DNA of 64,000 bases from Methanotrichaceae archaeon. Its GTDB lineage: Archaea > Halobacteriota > Methanosarcinia > Methanotrichales > Methanotrichaceae. The notes below the pieces were generated by a model. That model was given only the letters and a program-made list of their open reading frames with translations, ran no database searches and was not told the DNA's origin. The translations under genes and the position numbers were made by a program. Positions 28,407 to 39,559 of this stretch are shown here, in pieces. The stretch lies in NCBI GenBank assembly GCA_963748825.1, contig CAVVKN010000009.1:1-64000 (forward strand), read 5' to 3'. Every line of letters begins with the position of its first letter. Position 1 is the first letter of the stretch.

Positions 28407-30401
28407 ATGACGAGAATCATAGCTTCCCCCCAAGGTTCCTTTGGGCAGCAGTTTCATCTGGTCTCTGCCTTTGCGCCCACAGGCTCCCAGCCGCAGGCCA
28501 TCGAGCAGCTCATATCCGGCCTGCAGGCGGGCGAGCGGGCAGACGTTGACGCTGGCGGCAATTTCCAGACCCTTCTGGGCGTCACGGGCTCGGGCAAGAC
28601 CTACACCGTGGCCAATGTCATCGAAAAGCTGCAAAGGCCCACTTTGGTCATTGCCCACAACAAGACCTTAGCCGCCCAGCTCTATAACGAGTTTAAGGAG
28701 TTCTTCCCGGAAAACAGGGTGGAGTACTTCGTCTCCTATTATGACTATTACCAGCCGGAGTCCTACATCCCTGCCAAGGACCAGTACATCGAGAAGGACT
28801 CTCATATCAACCCCAAAATCGAACAGATGAGGCTGGCAGCTACCGCCTCCCTGCTCTCTCGCAACGATGTTATTGTGGTGGCATCAGTCTCCTGCATCTA
28901 CGGCCTCGGCAACCCCGAGAACTTCCAGAAGATGGGCTTTGAGGTCAAGGTGGGAGAGCGGATTTCCAGAAGGGAGATCCTGGGAAAGCTGGTAGACATC
29001 CTATTTGAGAGAAACGACCTGGACCTTTCCCCCGGTCGCTTCCGGTCGAAGGGCGATACCATCGATCTGGTCCCCGGCTACTTCAACAACATCATTCGAA
29101 TCGAGCTGTTCGGGGATGAGGTGGAGAGGATCTTAGAAGTTGACCGGCAGACAGGCCAGGTCATTGAGGACTTGAACTACTTCTTCATTTACCCGGCCAG
29201 GCATTATGTGATCCCGGAAGAAGAGCAGAAGGCGGCCATAGAGACCATCCTGGCTGAGCTGGAAGAGCGACTACCCATGCTCGGCATGATCGAGGCTCAC
29301 CGGCTCAAGCAGCGCACTCTGCACGACATGGAGATGATCTCGGAGACGGGCAGCTGCAAGGGCATCGAGAACTATTCCCGCCATTTCGATCGCCGCCAGC
29401 CTGACGAGGCGCCCTACTGCCTGATCGACTATTTTCCCGAGGATTTCCTGCTGGTAATCGATGAGAGCCACCAGACCCTGCCCCAGCTGCGGGCCATGTA
29501 CAACGGCGATCGCTCCCGAAAGAAGAGCCTGGTGGACTATGGCTTCCGGCTGCCTAGCAGCTACGACAACCGGCCCCTGCGCTTTGAGGAGTTCGAGACG
29601 CATATGAGAAATGTGATCTTCGTGTCCGCCACGCCCGGCAGCTACGAGCTGGAGCATTCCGCCCAGGTGATAGAGCAGATCATCCGGCCCACCGGCCTCC
29701 TCGACCCGCTGGTGGAGATCCGGCCCATCGAGGGGCAAGTGAGAGATGTCATGGTGGAAATCCGTCTCGTAGTGGAGAAAGGCGACCGGGCGCTGGTGAC
29801 GACTCTGACCAAGCGCCTGGCAGAAGAGCTGACCGACTTTCTGGCTCAAAACGAGATCAGAGCCCGCTATCTGCACTCCGACATCGACACCCTGGAGAGG
29901 ACGGAGATCATTCGCGAGCTGCGCTTGGGCAAGTTCGACGTCCTGGTGGGCATCAACCTGCTCCGGGAGGGGTTGGACATTCCCGAGGTGGGCTTCATCG
30001 GCATTCTTGACGCTGACAAAGAGGGCTTTTTGCGAGATGAGAAGAGCCTCATCCAGACCATAGGCCGGGCCTCCAGGAATGCCAACTCCCGGGTGGTTCT
30101 TTATGCGGACAGGATGACCGGCTCCATTTGCGCCGCAATGGAGAAGACAGAGCAGCGGCGGGCACTGCAGATGGCCTACAATGAGGAGCATGGCATAGTG
30201 CCGCGCACCATCAAGAAGCCCATCAGAGAGAAGGTGGTGGAGATCACCGACACCAGGCATATTCCCAAGTCTGACATCCCCAATGTGATCATCGAGCTGG
30301 AGGCGGAGATGCGCGCTGCTGCGGAGCGGCTGGAGTTTGAGAAGGCGATACAACTGCGCGATACGGCGCGCAGGCTGGAGAGGGAGATGAAGGTAGTCTA
30401 G
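28407..30401 (+). CDS. uvrB: Excinuclease ABC subunit B
   Basis: [31 protein letters not shown]-terminal UVR domain. Confidence 0.97.
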   Translation: MTRIIASPQGSFGQQFHLVSAFAPTGSQPQAIEQLISGLQAGERADVDAGGNFQTLLGVTGSGKTYTVANVIEKLQRPTLVIAHNKTLAAQLYNEFKEFFPENRVEYFVSYYDYYQPESYIPAKDQYIEKDSHINPKIEQMRLAATASLLSRNDVIVVASVSCIYGLGNPENFQKMGFEVKVGERISRREILGKLVDILFERNDLDLSPGRFRSKGDTIDLVPGYFNNIIRIELFGDEVERILEVDRQTGQVIEDLNYFFIYPARHYVIPEEEQKAAIETILAELEERLPMLGMIEAHRLKQRTLHDMEMISETGSCKGIENYSRHFDRRQPDEAPYCLIDYFPEDFLLVIDESHQTLPQLRAMYNGDRSRKKSLVDYGFRLPSSYDNRPLRFEEFETHMRNVIFVSATPGSYELEHSAQVIEQIIRPTGLLDPLVEIRPIEGQVRDVMVEIRLVVEKGDRALVTTLTKRLAEELTDFLAQNEIRARYLHSDIDTLERTEIIRELRLGKFDVLVGINLLREGLDIPEVGFIGILDADKEGFLRDEKSLIQTIGRASRNANSRVVLYADRMTGSICAAMEKTEQRRALQMAYNEEHGIVPRTIKKPIREKVVEITDTRHIPKSDIPNVIIELEAEMRAAAERLEFEKAIQLRDTARRLEREMKVV

Positions 30402-30420
30402 AGGACCGTATCCGGGTCGA

Positions 30421-33231
30421 TCATTCCACAATAGACCTTATGAGATGCCTGGCACAGCTTTGAGGATAACGTTGATACTTGCTCAGCACCTCGGCCAGTT
30501 CTTTCATTTCCACAGGTTTGCTGATATAATCGTCCATGCCAGCATCGAGACATTTCTCCCGGTCGCCTTCCAGTGCGTAGGCGGTGACGGCGATTATCTT
30601 TGGCTGTCGTATATGTGGCATCTGACGGATAGCTCTGGCTGCGTCCAGGCCATCCATCTCTGGCATTTGAACATCCATCAGAATGACGTCATACTTCTGG
30701 CGCCCCATGGCCACTAAGACCTCCAGGCCGTTCGCAGCTACATCTGCCCTATATCCGATCTTCTTGATCATGCGCAGGGCTACCTTCTGGTTGACTAAGT
30801 TATCCTCTGCTAGAAGCAGACGCAGAGTACTATCTGGCTGGTCATAAACCTGGGATTTCGAGACTGTCCGCCCATTGGCAATTATGTCAGCCGGGGCAGA
30901 GTCTGCCATAATTGCAAAGTGGAATGTTGAGCCTATTCCAAACTCGCTCTCTGCCCATATATTTCCCCCCATCATTTCCACGAGCCGTTTGCTTATGGCC
31001 AGACCAAGGCCTGTTCCGCCATATTTGCGAGTATTGGACATATCGACTTGACTGAAGGAATGGAATAGACAGTCCATTCTCTCAGCAGGGATGCCAATGC
31101 CTGTATCTCTGACTGTGAAGCATATTTCATTACGGTCATCTTCCTGCGTCAAGGTCACTGTGATTGATACTTTGCCTGCATCTGTGAACTTGACGGCATT
31201 GCTTAGCAGATTGACCAGGATCTGGCGGAGCCTTGTGACATCGCCCATCAGATTCTCCGGCACATTATCATCTAACTTGCAGGTGAGATCAAGTTTCTTC
31301 TCTCGCGCCTTCGATGCTACTAGATCCATAGAGCCTTCAATACAATCACTCAGGTTGAAGGGCTGTCTCTTCAACTCTTCTTTGCCCTCTTCGATCTTTG
31401 AGTAGTCCAGAATGTCATTGATGATAGCGAGCAGAGCATCACCACTGCTGTGTATGATCTCAACGCACTCCCTCTTATCAGGATCGAGGTCTGAGTTAAG
31501 CAGAAATCCAGTCAATCCTATAACTGCGTTCATGGGCGTGCGGATCTCATGGCTCATATTTGCGAGGAATACTGATTTGGATTTTGTCGCGGCCTCCGCG
31601 GCTTCCTTGGATGCTAAGAGCATCTCTTCCGCTCGCTTGCGCTTGGTAATATCCTCAACAGTACCATCATAGTGCAATCCATTGTCATCTTGCACTATCC
31701 TGGTGTTCATGGAGACCCAGAACTTAGTGCCATCTCTTCGCTGCACTTCAAGTTCGAATCCTTCCAGGAAGCCTTGCTCAATAAGCTGCTTTATTGCTCG
31801 CTGTCTGTCCTCGGGGTTGGCATAGAGCTGCGGTCCTATATCAGTAACGCAAGCAATCATCTCTTCCGGGCAGCTGTATCCAAAGAGCCGTGCAAAGGCA
31901 GGATTTACGCTCAGGTATCTGCCTTCGGGTATGCTCTGATATAAACCGAGTATGGAGTTTTCAAAGATATTATGATATTTTTCTTGGCTTCTTCTGAGAT
32001 CTTCCTCTGCAAGCTTGCGTTCGGTGATGTCCGTACCCTGGGCCATGGTTGATAAGTGCGTCTTGCCATCATCTGCATAAATGTTCGCTGAGTTCCAGAG
32101 CACAATTCTGATCGATCCATCGTTGTGAAGTATCGGAACCTCCACAGACACCCAATACTCACCAGCCAGGGTGCGCTCGATCTTACCAATAGATTTGTCG
32201 CGGCTTGATTCTGGGAAGAGGATATCAAGTCTCTGGCCGGTGACCTCCTCTGCTCTGTGCCCTATTAAACGCTCAAAGGCATGATTGAACCTTGTGATTC
32301 TGAAAGAGGTGTCCCAGACGATGATGGGTCCATTGGCATGATTGAACAGGCTCTCCAGGTAGTTGCGAGTTTCTCGCAGCGCGTCCTCAGCTTGCTTTCG
32401 ATCGGAAATGTCCCTGATCATACCCACTATGAACTGATTTCCGGCGTTATCCGTATAAAGCGTCTTCTTAGTTGTGATATCGCGGATCGTACTCTGAGAG
32501 TCTGTGATCTTCTCATCATTAATGTTCTCTTCACCTGATTCGAAGACCATCTCGTCCTTTTCTAAAAAGACATCGGCCTGATCCTTTGAGAAGAAATCGT
32601 GATCTGTACGACCTATGATCTCTTCACGGAGATGCCCCATCAGGTTGCACATGGCATCATTGACGAGTACGAATCTGTGGTTCCTGTTCTTGACAAATAT
32701 TGGGTCGCCCATGGAGTTGATTATCTTATTCAGATAGTCTTCTGATTCTTTCTGCTTTTCCTCAGCCTTCTTGCGCTCGGTAATGTCCAGGATGACCCCC
32801 ACCAGGCCAGCTAAGCGGCCTCTAGTGTCGAAAAGGGGGGCTTTGTTTAACATCACATTTCGTCTATTGCCGTCTGCGTGGATAATCGCAGTCTCGTATA
32901 TCTGTACCCCGAGATTCTGGAACAGAGAATTATCCTCTCTGCAATATATATCGGCCAGATCTTTAGGGTATGCCTCATAAACAGTCTTGCCAACCATAAT
33001 CTCTTTGCTTAGACCCGTAAAGGACTCAAAAGCCGTGTTACACCCTCGGTAAACCCCTTTTGTGTCCTTGAAAAAGATGGGATTTGGGATAACATCGATC
33101 ATTTGTTGCAAAAAATTCAGTTGACCCTCCTGCCCAACTGTATTCATAATATTGGCAAAATCAGGTTCAGATCCTATCTTTATCTTGGAATGTGCTTGTG
33201 AATGTGATATGTCCTTCCCTTGTCTCACCAT
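30421..33231 (-). CDS. Hybrid multi-PAS histidine kinase with receiver domain
   Basis: Four PAS/PAC units, MSHEIRTPMN, GGTGLGL, C-terminal LLAEDN...MDVQMP receiver. Confidence 0.95.
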   Translation of the reverse strand: MVRQGKDISHSQAHSKIKIGSEPDFANIMNTVGQEGQLNFLQQMIDVIPNPIFFKDTKGVYRGCNTAFESFTGLSKEIMVGKTVYEAYPKDLADIYCREDNSLFQNLGVQIYETAIIHADGNRRNVMLNKAPLFDTRGRLAGLVGVILDITERKKAEEKQKESEDYLNKIINSMGDPIFVKNRNHRFVLVNDAMCNLMGHLREEIIGRTDHDFFSKDQADVFLEKDEMVFESGEENINDEKITDSQSTIRDITTKKTLYTDNAGNQFIVGMIRDISDRKQAEDALRETRNYLESLFNHANGPIIVWDTSFRITRFNHAFERLIGHRAEEVTGQRLDILFPESSRDKSIGKIERTLAGEYWVSVEVPILHNDGSIRIVLWNSANIYADDGKTHLSTMAQGTDITERKLAEEDLRRSQEKYHNIFENSILGLYQSIPEGRYLSVNPAFARLFGYSCPEEMIACVTDIGPQLYANPEDRQRAIKQLIEQGFLEGFELEVQRRDGTKFWVSMNTRIVQDDNGLHYDGTVEDITKRKRAEEMLLASKEAAEAATKSKSVFLANMSHEIRTPMNAVIGLTGFLLNSDLDPDKRECVEIIHSSGDALLAIINDILDYSKIEEGKEELKRQPFNLSDCIEGSMDLVASKAREKKLDLTCKLDDNVPENLMGDVTRLRQILVNLLSNAVKFTDAGKVSITVTLTQEDDRNEICFTVRDTGIGIPAERMDCLFHSFSQVDMSNTRKYGGTGLGLAISKRLVEMMGGNIWAESEFGIGSTFHFAIMADSAPADIIANGRTVSKSQVYDQPDSTLRLLLAEDNLVNQKVALRMIKKIGYRADVAANGLEVLVAMGRQKYDVILMDVQMPEMDGLDAARAIRQMPHIRQPKIIAVTAYALEGDREKCLDAGMDDYISKPVEMKELAEVLSKYQRYPQSCARHLIRSIVE

Positions 33232-33739
33232 TTTTTACCCCATGATCTAAAACACATAGTGGAGACGACCTTTCGTCGGATTTCCCACTATGATTGCCAA
33301 TATTATTTAAAACTTCCCGAAGAGCGAATCACAGCTAATTACACAAAACGTGGTTTAAAATCAGATAAGTTCCCGCAAAAAATCGCGAGAATTTGGTGCA
33401 CTCTCTTTGGAATGATGCAAGAATCATCTTAAATCAAAAAGCACACGGGTAAAGGCCAAGGGTCCACAGTATGACTAACATAAGTTCTAATCATATAATA
33501 TTACTATTACGGGCAAAGACATGCAGAATACCTGTCCACGCATGCTCGGTCCTGAGCTAGAGCTAACCTGTAGCATTACATACCCAAGTAAGAGCTTATC
33601 GATCGATGTCATACCTCTGCCTCAAAGGTCATCTTAGCGCCCAAAAAACCTCGATCATTCAAATTACGGCGGCGCACCCCGCTGCAAGCGAAGTGGCATG
33701 TTTGGTGCCGCCGTCGTTTGACTGGACAAGATGAAATTT

Positions 33740-34052
33740 TAGCGAGTGAGGAGAGTAAGCCCCCTTCTGTTCTTTGACGGCATTCAGCTTAGCGCCATAC
33801 CCGAGCTTGGCTGGACGTCCGTGATTTCAGCTCTATTTTGGCTTGCACCCACAGGGTTTCGCCGTTTCATCCGCTTCCCGCGCGACCTCAGCCTCGCGGC
33901 ATCATCGCTTTAACGCGGAGCGGTCTCGTTTCTGTGCCAGAGCCGGAGCTCTCGCCCCACATCCTTTAGGGGATGTCTGTGTGTCCAGTGGTGGGGGGAC
34001 TTTCCACACCGGCCAGAGTTGGCCAGCGGCAGCCGCCCTTCCTCTCTCGCTA
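33740..34052 (-). ncRNA. rnpB: RNase P RNA
   Basis: Minus strand has GGAAAGTCCCCCCAC and AACAGAAGGGGGCTTA conserved P4 strands; P1 TAGCGAG/CTCGCTA; TTTATATA box ~20-28 bp upstream. Confidence 0.93.
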
Positions 34053-34119
34053 TCGTTAATTTGATAAACAATATATAAAGCTATGGTCGAATGCCATTGC
34101 TCGAATGGATGCGAAATCG

Positions 34120-35382
34120 TTATTTTAGGTATTCTTCCATAATGAGTATCGCACAGTACTTTCCGCACATAGAGCAGGCCTCTGCCTTATCCTGGTGGTG
34201 GATCTCCCTGGCTCTATCGCCATCGATGGCAGCCGTGAACTGCCCCTCCCAATCCCTCGCCCTTCTGCAACCGGCTAGAATTTTGTCTTCGGATCTTGGA
34301 CCGTACTTCAAGGTATCCCCCACATGAGCTGCTATTTTGAAGGCTACAACCCCTTCCCTTACCTGGGCAACATTGGGAAGAGCCAGGTGTTCGGATGGTG
34401 TGATATAACATAGGTAATCTGCTCCTGCCCCGGCAGCAAGAGACCCGCCAACACACCCCGAGATATGGTCATACCCTACGCCAATATCGAGTGGAAGGGG
34501 GCCCGCGACGAACAGAGGCCGGTGATCGGTCATCCTCTTGTAATAGGCGACGTAGGCCGCTATCTTCTCAGGGCTGACATGCCCGCCCATCCCTTCGACG
34601 ATGACCTGAACACCCAGCTCATTCGCTCTCCTGGCCAGCCTCGCGTTCATCTCTATCTCCATCTCTTGAGGCCCATCCATTTGGTCGTGGATACATCCAC
34701 TCCTCATGGTGTTTCCGAGAGAAAGCACTACGTCCTTTTCGGAGAGTGCCTTGCATATCTCGTCAAAATGGGACATAAATGGATTCTCCCTGCTGTTTTG
34801 CAGCATCCATGCCGATGTAAAGGACCCGCCTTTGGATACCATGCCCATTATCCTCTTCGAGCTTTGAAGCTTCTCCAGCATCTCAAGGGTGAAGCCTGCA
34901 TGGACGACTATGGACGAAATCCCCATGCTAACATGCTTTTTGATCATCCGGATAAGATCTTGCTCGGTTATGTCCTGAAAAGAGCCCTTCTCGACAACTG
35001 TTTGGTATATCGGCACGGTAGTTATTGGCACGGTTGTCTCAACCAATATTTTCAGTCTTATCGCATCGATATCTCCGCCCATTGACAGATCGGAGATAGT
35101 ATCCGCTCCGTATTTTTCTGCAATCCTTGCCTTCTCGACCTCAATATCAGGATCAAAAACTTCGGCAGAGGTCCCGATGTTGGCATTGATCTTTGTCTTC
35201 AGACCTTCACCTATGCCTAAAGAGGGCTTTCCATCTCGCTGCATTACAACGATGCGTCCGGAGGCGATTTGTCTTTGCAGAAAATTGGGCTTCACTCCTT
35301 CTGCATCAGCCACTTCATCGATAACTGAGGTCTCTCTGCCAGAGATTGCATCCAGTAAGAGGTTCCTGTTCATTGGACTCAC
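34120..35382 (-). CDS. ThiC/BzaF-family radical SAM enzyme (divergent paralog)
   Basis: KINANIGTS, GADTISDLS, YDHI, CYITPSEHL, CSMCGKYC cluster motif. Confidence 0.88.
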   Translation of the reverse strand: MSPMNRNLLLDAISGRETSVIDEVADAEGVKPNFLQRQIASGRIVVMQRDGKPSLGIGEGLKTKINANIGTSAEVFDPDIEVEKARIAEKYGADTISDLSMGGDIDAIRLKILVETTVPITTVPIYQTVVEKGSFQDITEQDLIRMIKKHVSMGISSIVVHAGFTLEMLEKLQSSKRIMGMVSKGGSFTSAWMLQNSRENPFMSHFDEICKALSEKDVVLSLGNTMRSGCIHDQMDGPQEMEIEMNARLARRANELGVQVIVEGMGGHVSPEKIAAYVAYYKRMTDHRPLFVAGPLPLDIGVGYDHISGCVGGSLAAGAGADYLCYITPSEHLALPNVAQVREGVVAFKIAAHVGDTLKYGPRSEDKILAGCRRARDWEGQFTAAIDGDRAREIHHQDKAEACSMCGKYCAILIMEEYLK

Positions 35383-35469
35383 TTTGCAGCGTTAACTTAT
35401 CCCATCTGCGACCAGATACTTAAGCTTCTCGAAATACACTTATATCCCTCTGCGATTTTATTAAACACA

Positions 35470-36240
35470 ATGGCCCGAGATCAGAAAGATTACTATTACC
35501 GTCTGGCAAAGCAAGAGGGTTATAGAGCCCGCTCCGCCTATAAGCTGCTACAGGTAAATGAGAAGTTTAACATCATCAAGCGAGGGGACAGCGTGGTTGA
35601 CCTGGGTGCTGCGCCCGGCGGCTGGCTGCAGGTGGCGGCCAAGCTTTCTGGGGGCAAAATCGTGGGCGTGGACCTGGAGGGCATCGCGCCCATCCCCGGC
35701 GTGAAAACCTTCCAGGCGGACATAACCAGTGAGAGCACTGTAGATCTGGTAAAGGAGGCCCTGGGTGGGGATGCTGATGTGGTGATCTGCGATGCTGCAC
35801 CAAACCTTACCGGTGCCTGGCACAGGGATCATGCCGTCTCCGTCGACTTAGCCCGCTCGGCGCTTAAAATGGCCAAGAAGCTGCTGCGGCCGCGGGGAAA
35901 TTTCGTTGTCAAGGTCTTCCAGGGTGACATGTTCCTGGACTATTTAAACGAGGTCCGAAAGGAGTTTTCATCCGTTCACGCTCATTCGCCGCTTGCATCC
36001 AGAAAGGAGAGCGCAGAGACCTACGTCGTGGCCAAAAAGCTGCTCACCAGCCCGGTGAGGAGAGGCGATATGCTGGACGTGCAGATCGAGTATTTGGGCA
36101 AATCGGGAGATGGTGTAGCCATCGTAGAAGGCTTCGCGATCATTGTGCGCAAAGCGCAGCTGGGCGAGAAACTGCGAGTGAAGATTGATGCGGTCAAGCC
36201 CAATTTTGCCTTCGCCGATATATTAGAGAGAAAGGGTTAA
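35470..36240 (+). CDS. rlmE: 23S rRNA Um2552 methyltransferase RlmE with TRAM domain
   Basis: [33 protein letters not shown]; C-terminal TRAM. Confidence 0.95.
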   Translation: MARDQKDYYYRLAKQEGYRARSAYKLLQVNEKFNIIKRGDSVVDLGAAPGGWLQVAAKLSGGKIVGVDLEGIAPIPGVKTFQADITSESTVDLVKEALGGDADVVICDAAPNLTGAWHRDHAVSVDLARSALKMAKKLLRPRGNFVVKVFQGDMFLDYLNEVRKEFSSVHAHSPLASRKESAETYVVAKKLLTSPVRRGDMLDVQIEYLGKSGDGVAIVEGFAIIVRKAQLGEKLRVKIDAVKPNFAFADILERKG

Positions 36241-36277
36241 TAACCTGCCCAAGAAAAGCAAAAGGAAGGGCGGTGCT

Positions 36278-36568
36278 ATGGAAGACAATGCCGTAATTTT
36301 CGTCGGTGACAAACCAGTCATGAACTACGTTCTTGCCGTAATGACCCAGTTCAACAAGCCGGTCTCCACAGTAACACTGAAGGCCAGAGGACGTGCCATC
36401 TCCCGGGCAGTGGATGCGGCTGAGATCACCAGGAATCGATTTATGCTCAATATCATTGTAAAAAACATAACCATCGGCACGGAGGCCATCCAGAGTGAGG
36501 ACGGCAAGACGGTGAATGTGTCTTCGATGGAGATTGTACTGGCTAAGACGTCAACTACCACGCCCTGA
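36278..36568 (+). CDS. albA: DNA/RNA-binding protein Alba (C-terminus altered by IS end)
   Basis: [37 protein letters not shown]. Confidence 0.95.
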   Translation: MEDNAVIFVGDKPVMNYVLAVMTQFNKPVSTVTLKARGRAISRAVDAAEITRNRFMLNIIVKNITIGTEAIQSEDGKTVNVSSMEIVLAKTSTTTP

Positions 36569-37878
36569 AGGACGTGGCTTGCGACTACGTAAAAAGTCGT
36601 GTCGCGTCTGGCGGGCTGACTAAACCGCCCTGAGACTCAAGGATATACCTCAAGTCTCGTGTTCGGTGCTCAATATTCAATGCACCAACTCTATCGGCAT
36701 GGGCCTCATAACCGCATTTTTCGCATCGGAAGGCTATGCCCTTCCGGTTATTTCGGCTGATGTGGTTACATCTTGGGCAGGTTTGGGAAGTAAATTCAGG
36801 ATTCACGTAGATTACAGCTATCCCGGCTTCTTTGGCTTTGTATTCCACAAAACCTTGTAGCTGTCTAAATGCCCAACTGCTATGCTCATACCTGAACTCT
36901 TTGGATACTTTGCTTTCCGTTCTCTTCCTGATGCCTGTCAAATCTTCCATACCGATTACGGAGACTTCATTTTGCGTTGCGAACTGAACAAGTTTTTTAG
37001 ATACATTATGATTCATGGCAGTCATAAACCGTGTCTCTCGACCTGCGATTTTTCTAAGCGTTCTCATAGAGGATCGAGTGCCCAAATAGCGACCGCCTGC
37101 CTTCTGAAGTCTCCGGCGTTCCTTGGATCTGATGTTACGATGATTCTTAATCTCGCCGCCTGCAAAGAATTTGCATTCCTTGTCAGTCGTCGAGGCAACA
37201 GCTAGACAATTTATGCCGACATCAACGCCCATGAAGGTAGTTGCATCAACTATATTCTTGTCTGGAATATCCGTCTCACATGCCAGATGGAAAAAGTAAG
37301 CTCCGTCTTGGTGTAAACAAAGTTTGGATGCCAGATATTTCCAAGATCCGTCTAGGTATCTTTTTGCATACTCGTAATTCAGGAGCTTGTATCTTTTGCG
37401 TCCCGCCAATGTGGTTATGCTCAGGGTGTCCCTGGATAACGTGAAATCGCGTTCAAACGAGAATGTGGCCGAGGTTGGATCGAAATCTAGGAGTTGCCAT
37501 TCAGATTCCTTTTTGTCGATCTGACTTTGCAGCGTTTTGTAAGCTCCCGACACCTGGCGAGCTACGTTACAAGCCATCTGAGATTTCAGGTTAAGATTGT
37601 TTCGTAGATGCCTGTAAGTGGTTTTTTGGATCTGGCCGCTCCCGATGGGCTTGCCGATGTCAAACACGAATTGAGATGCGTAATTCATGCCTTGGGAGAA
37701 AGCTTTTAGCAGCTCGGCTAGATCGTTATCTAGCGAATCAAGTTTCAGGATAATGGTTTTTGTGAGCTGCATGATTAAGTGCATTCACCTGATACTATAT
37801 CAATCTGATGTAGGTGAAAGTAATCATGTAAGGGGTCCAATTCCTCCCCACCCTAAAGGATGGGGACTCCTTGACCCC
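36550..37878 (-). mobile_element. Non-autonomous IS200/IS605-family (tnpB-only, IS1341-like) element
   Basis: Left-end hairpin ggggtc...cccca(c)cctaaaggatgggg...gacccc at 37831-37878; right-end hairpin accacgccctgaaggacgtgg at ~36557-36577; removal restores alba ...AAG ACT TAA. Confidence 0.85.
36585..37784 (-). CDS. tnpB: RNA-guided endonuclease TnpB
   Basis: RuvC I GVDVG, RuvC II GMEDL, TSQTCPRC...CEKC zinc finger, RuvC III HADRVGALNI. Confidence 0.95.
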   Translation of the reverse strand: MHLIMQLTKTIILKLDSLDNDLAELLKAFSQGMNYASQFVFDIGKPIGSGQIQKTTYRHLRNNLNLKSQMACNVARQVSGAYKTLQSQIDKKESEWQLLDFDPTSATFSFERDFTLSRDTLSITTLAGRKRYKLLNYEYAKRYLDGSWKYLASKLCLHQDGAYFFHLACETDIPDKNIVDATTFMGVDVGINCLAVASTTDKECKFFAGGEIKNHRNIRSKERRRLQKAGGRYLGTRSSMRTLRKIAGRETRFMTAMNHNVSKKLVQFATQNEVSVIGMEDLTGIRKRTESKVSKEFRYEHSSWAFRQLQGFVEYKAKEAGIAVIYVNPEFTSQTCPRCNHISRNNRKGIAFRCEKCGYEAHADRVGALNIEHRTRDLRYILESQGGLVSPPDATRLFT

Positions 37879-38084
37879 TTAACCCCGCGAGTTGAATTTC
37901 CATGAAAATTACGAATTCATACTCTTTTGAGCACTCGTTAAAGGCATTCATTATTCTGACCAGCGAACGGAAGGCTTAAGAAAGTAAATGATGTGATATG
38001 TACCCTACTACTATCACTTGCAACTGTGCCCCCCAAGCAAGATGAGACAGAAAAAAATGAGACAGAAAAAAAAAGGTTCCTGCC

Positions 38085-38789
38085 ATGAAGCCGCAATTTG
38101 AGACACAAGTAATTGAGACAATGCAAAACACTGGGTCATCCAGATCAATTCGGTTTTGCCGGCCCCCGGGATTTGATTACCTTCCCGGTCAGTTCATAAT
38201 TCTAAAGCTTAATGGCATGCAGGGTGAAATCGAAAAGCCGCTCAGCCTCTCCAGCAGCCCTACTGAGGATTTTCTGCAGGTCACCAAAAGGCTTACCGGA
38301 CATGAGTTCTCCAATGCCCTCCTTTCCCTAAAAAAGGGAGATAATATCAGGTTTTCCGGACCCTATGGCAATTTCACCTTCAACGAAGAGCACGAGAAGA
38401 TCGCCATGCTCTCCGGTGGAATAGGCATAACGCCTCTGCGGAGCATAATAAAATACTGCACAGACAAGGGCCTGGCGACTGACATTTTCCTGTTTTACTC
38501 CAACAGGCAGGAGGATGATATTCCCTTCAAAGATGAATTCGAGGCCCTCAAGGCGAAAAATCCGAATCTTACTATCATTAATACCCTGACTCGCCCTGGT
38601 CCTTCCTGGAAAGGCCGGATCGGCAGAATCGATGCCAATATGATTAAGGAGCTCCTTCCCAATTATGCCGATTGGACATTCTATTCCAGTGGCCCGGGAA
38701 AGATGGTAGATTCCATGCTTCTCCTACTTAAGGAGATGAGCATCCCAGAGAAACAGGCTCGCAAGGAGTATTTCCCTGGCTATGACTGA
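38085..38789 (+). CDS. FAD/NAD(P)-binding oxidoreductase (FNR-like)
   Basis: YLPGQF, PLSLSSSP, GPYGNF, GGIGITP, YSSGPGKM. Confidence 0.9.
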   Translation: MKPQFETQVIETMQNTGSSRSIRFCRPPGFDYLPGQFIILKLNGMQGEIEKPLSLSSSPTEDFLQVTKRLTGHEFSNALLSLKKGDNIRFSGPYGNFTFNEEHEKIAMLSGGIGITPLRSIIKYCTDKGLATDIFLFYSNRQEDDIPFKDEFEALKAKNPNLTIINTLTRPGPSWKGRIGRIDANMIKELLPNYADWTFYSSGPGKMVDSMLLLLKEMSIPEKQARKEYFPGYD

Positions 38790-39005
38790 TTTGAAATCCA
38801 ATGTTTTCTTAACGCACTTACCTTAGCCCCTGTTAATCCATACGCTTGCCTCTGAAGGGCAAGGTTCAGTCATTGTATTGATAGAATAACTACTTAAGAA
38901 ATTTCCTGCTATGTGTTTTTTCTCTTGAAATGGCGATTTCCTATCCAAAAAAACGCAAAAACACAGAAGTCCTGGCAGCTCCAGGACCAAATCATGCGCA
39001 AATGC

Positions 39006-39113
39006 CTACCTTACACCAGACTTGGAGTCGGACCATTTATTCAAACCCCATGGCAATAAGACAACCATCGCTCCAAAGATTATGATCGCATATATTTGGG
39101 ACATAATATCCAT
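39006..39113 (-). CDS. Small 35-aa single-pass membrane protein (below ORF-track cutoff)
   Basis: GGAGGTGAT SD 5 nt before ATG; MDIMSQIYAIIIFGAMVVLLPWGLNKWSDSKSGVR. Confidence 0.6.
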   Translation of the reverse strand: MDIMSQIYAIIIFGAMVVLLPWGLNKWSDSKSGVR

Positions 39114-39559
39114 TGATTATCACCTCCGTTTCAGTACTGCATTCCTTCTCACAGTTTGATTTCCGGTTAATAAATGCATCGGTTAAATTGTGGATGAAAA
39201 CACAAATTACTGCATTTAATGGAAAAGATATTAGTTAAAAAAAGCCAATATGGTTAGATTGCTTAATGTAAAATTCAATAAACAACGAAATAAGGCAAAT
39301 GGGTAAAAAGGTAAAAAATCACTATATGAGAAAATTTTTGGCTCTTCGCTATTTTACGTGGTTAACTTCAAGTTAGCATCAAACGAGATCCAATGCAGAT
39401 AAATGAAAATCAGCAAGCAAGGCTGCTATTTCGTTTATCCCAGATAGTATAGTTGGCCTCAAGGAGGGTTTTCGCTCCTGCCACACCGACATGAAATAGA
39501 GAGGAACCAAATTTTTTCTAATCCCCCCAGTGGCATATGATAATTATAGCCCGAATAGC

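Noticed and set aside
29271-30431. 386-aa antisense ORF over uvrB (and similar shadow ORFs)
   Set aside because: Shadow of a GC-rich coding strand with no recognisable motifs
33666-33714. GC-rich hairpin downstream of rnpB
   Set aside because: Real inverted repeat, but no TSD, second copy or motif to support a specific call
38042-38071. 15-bp tandem duplication atgagacagaaaaaa
   Set aside because: Simple slippage duplication with no evident function
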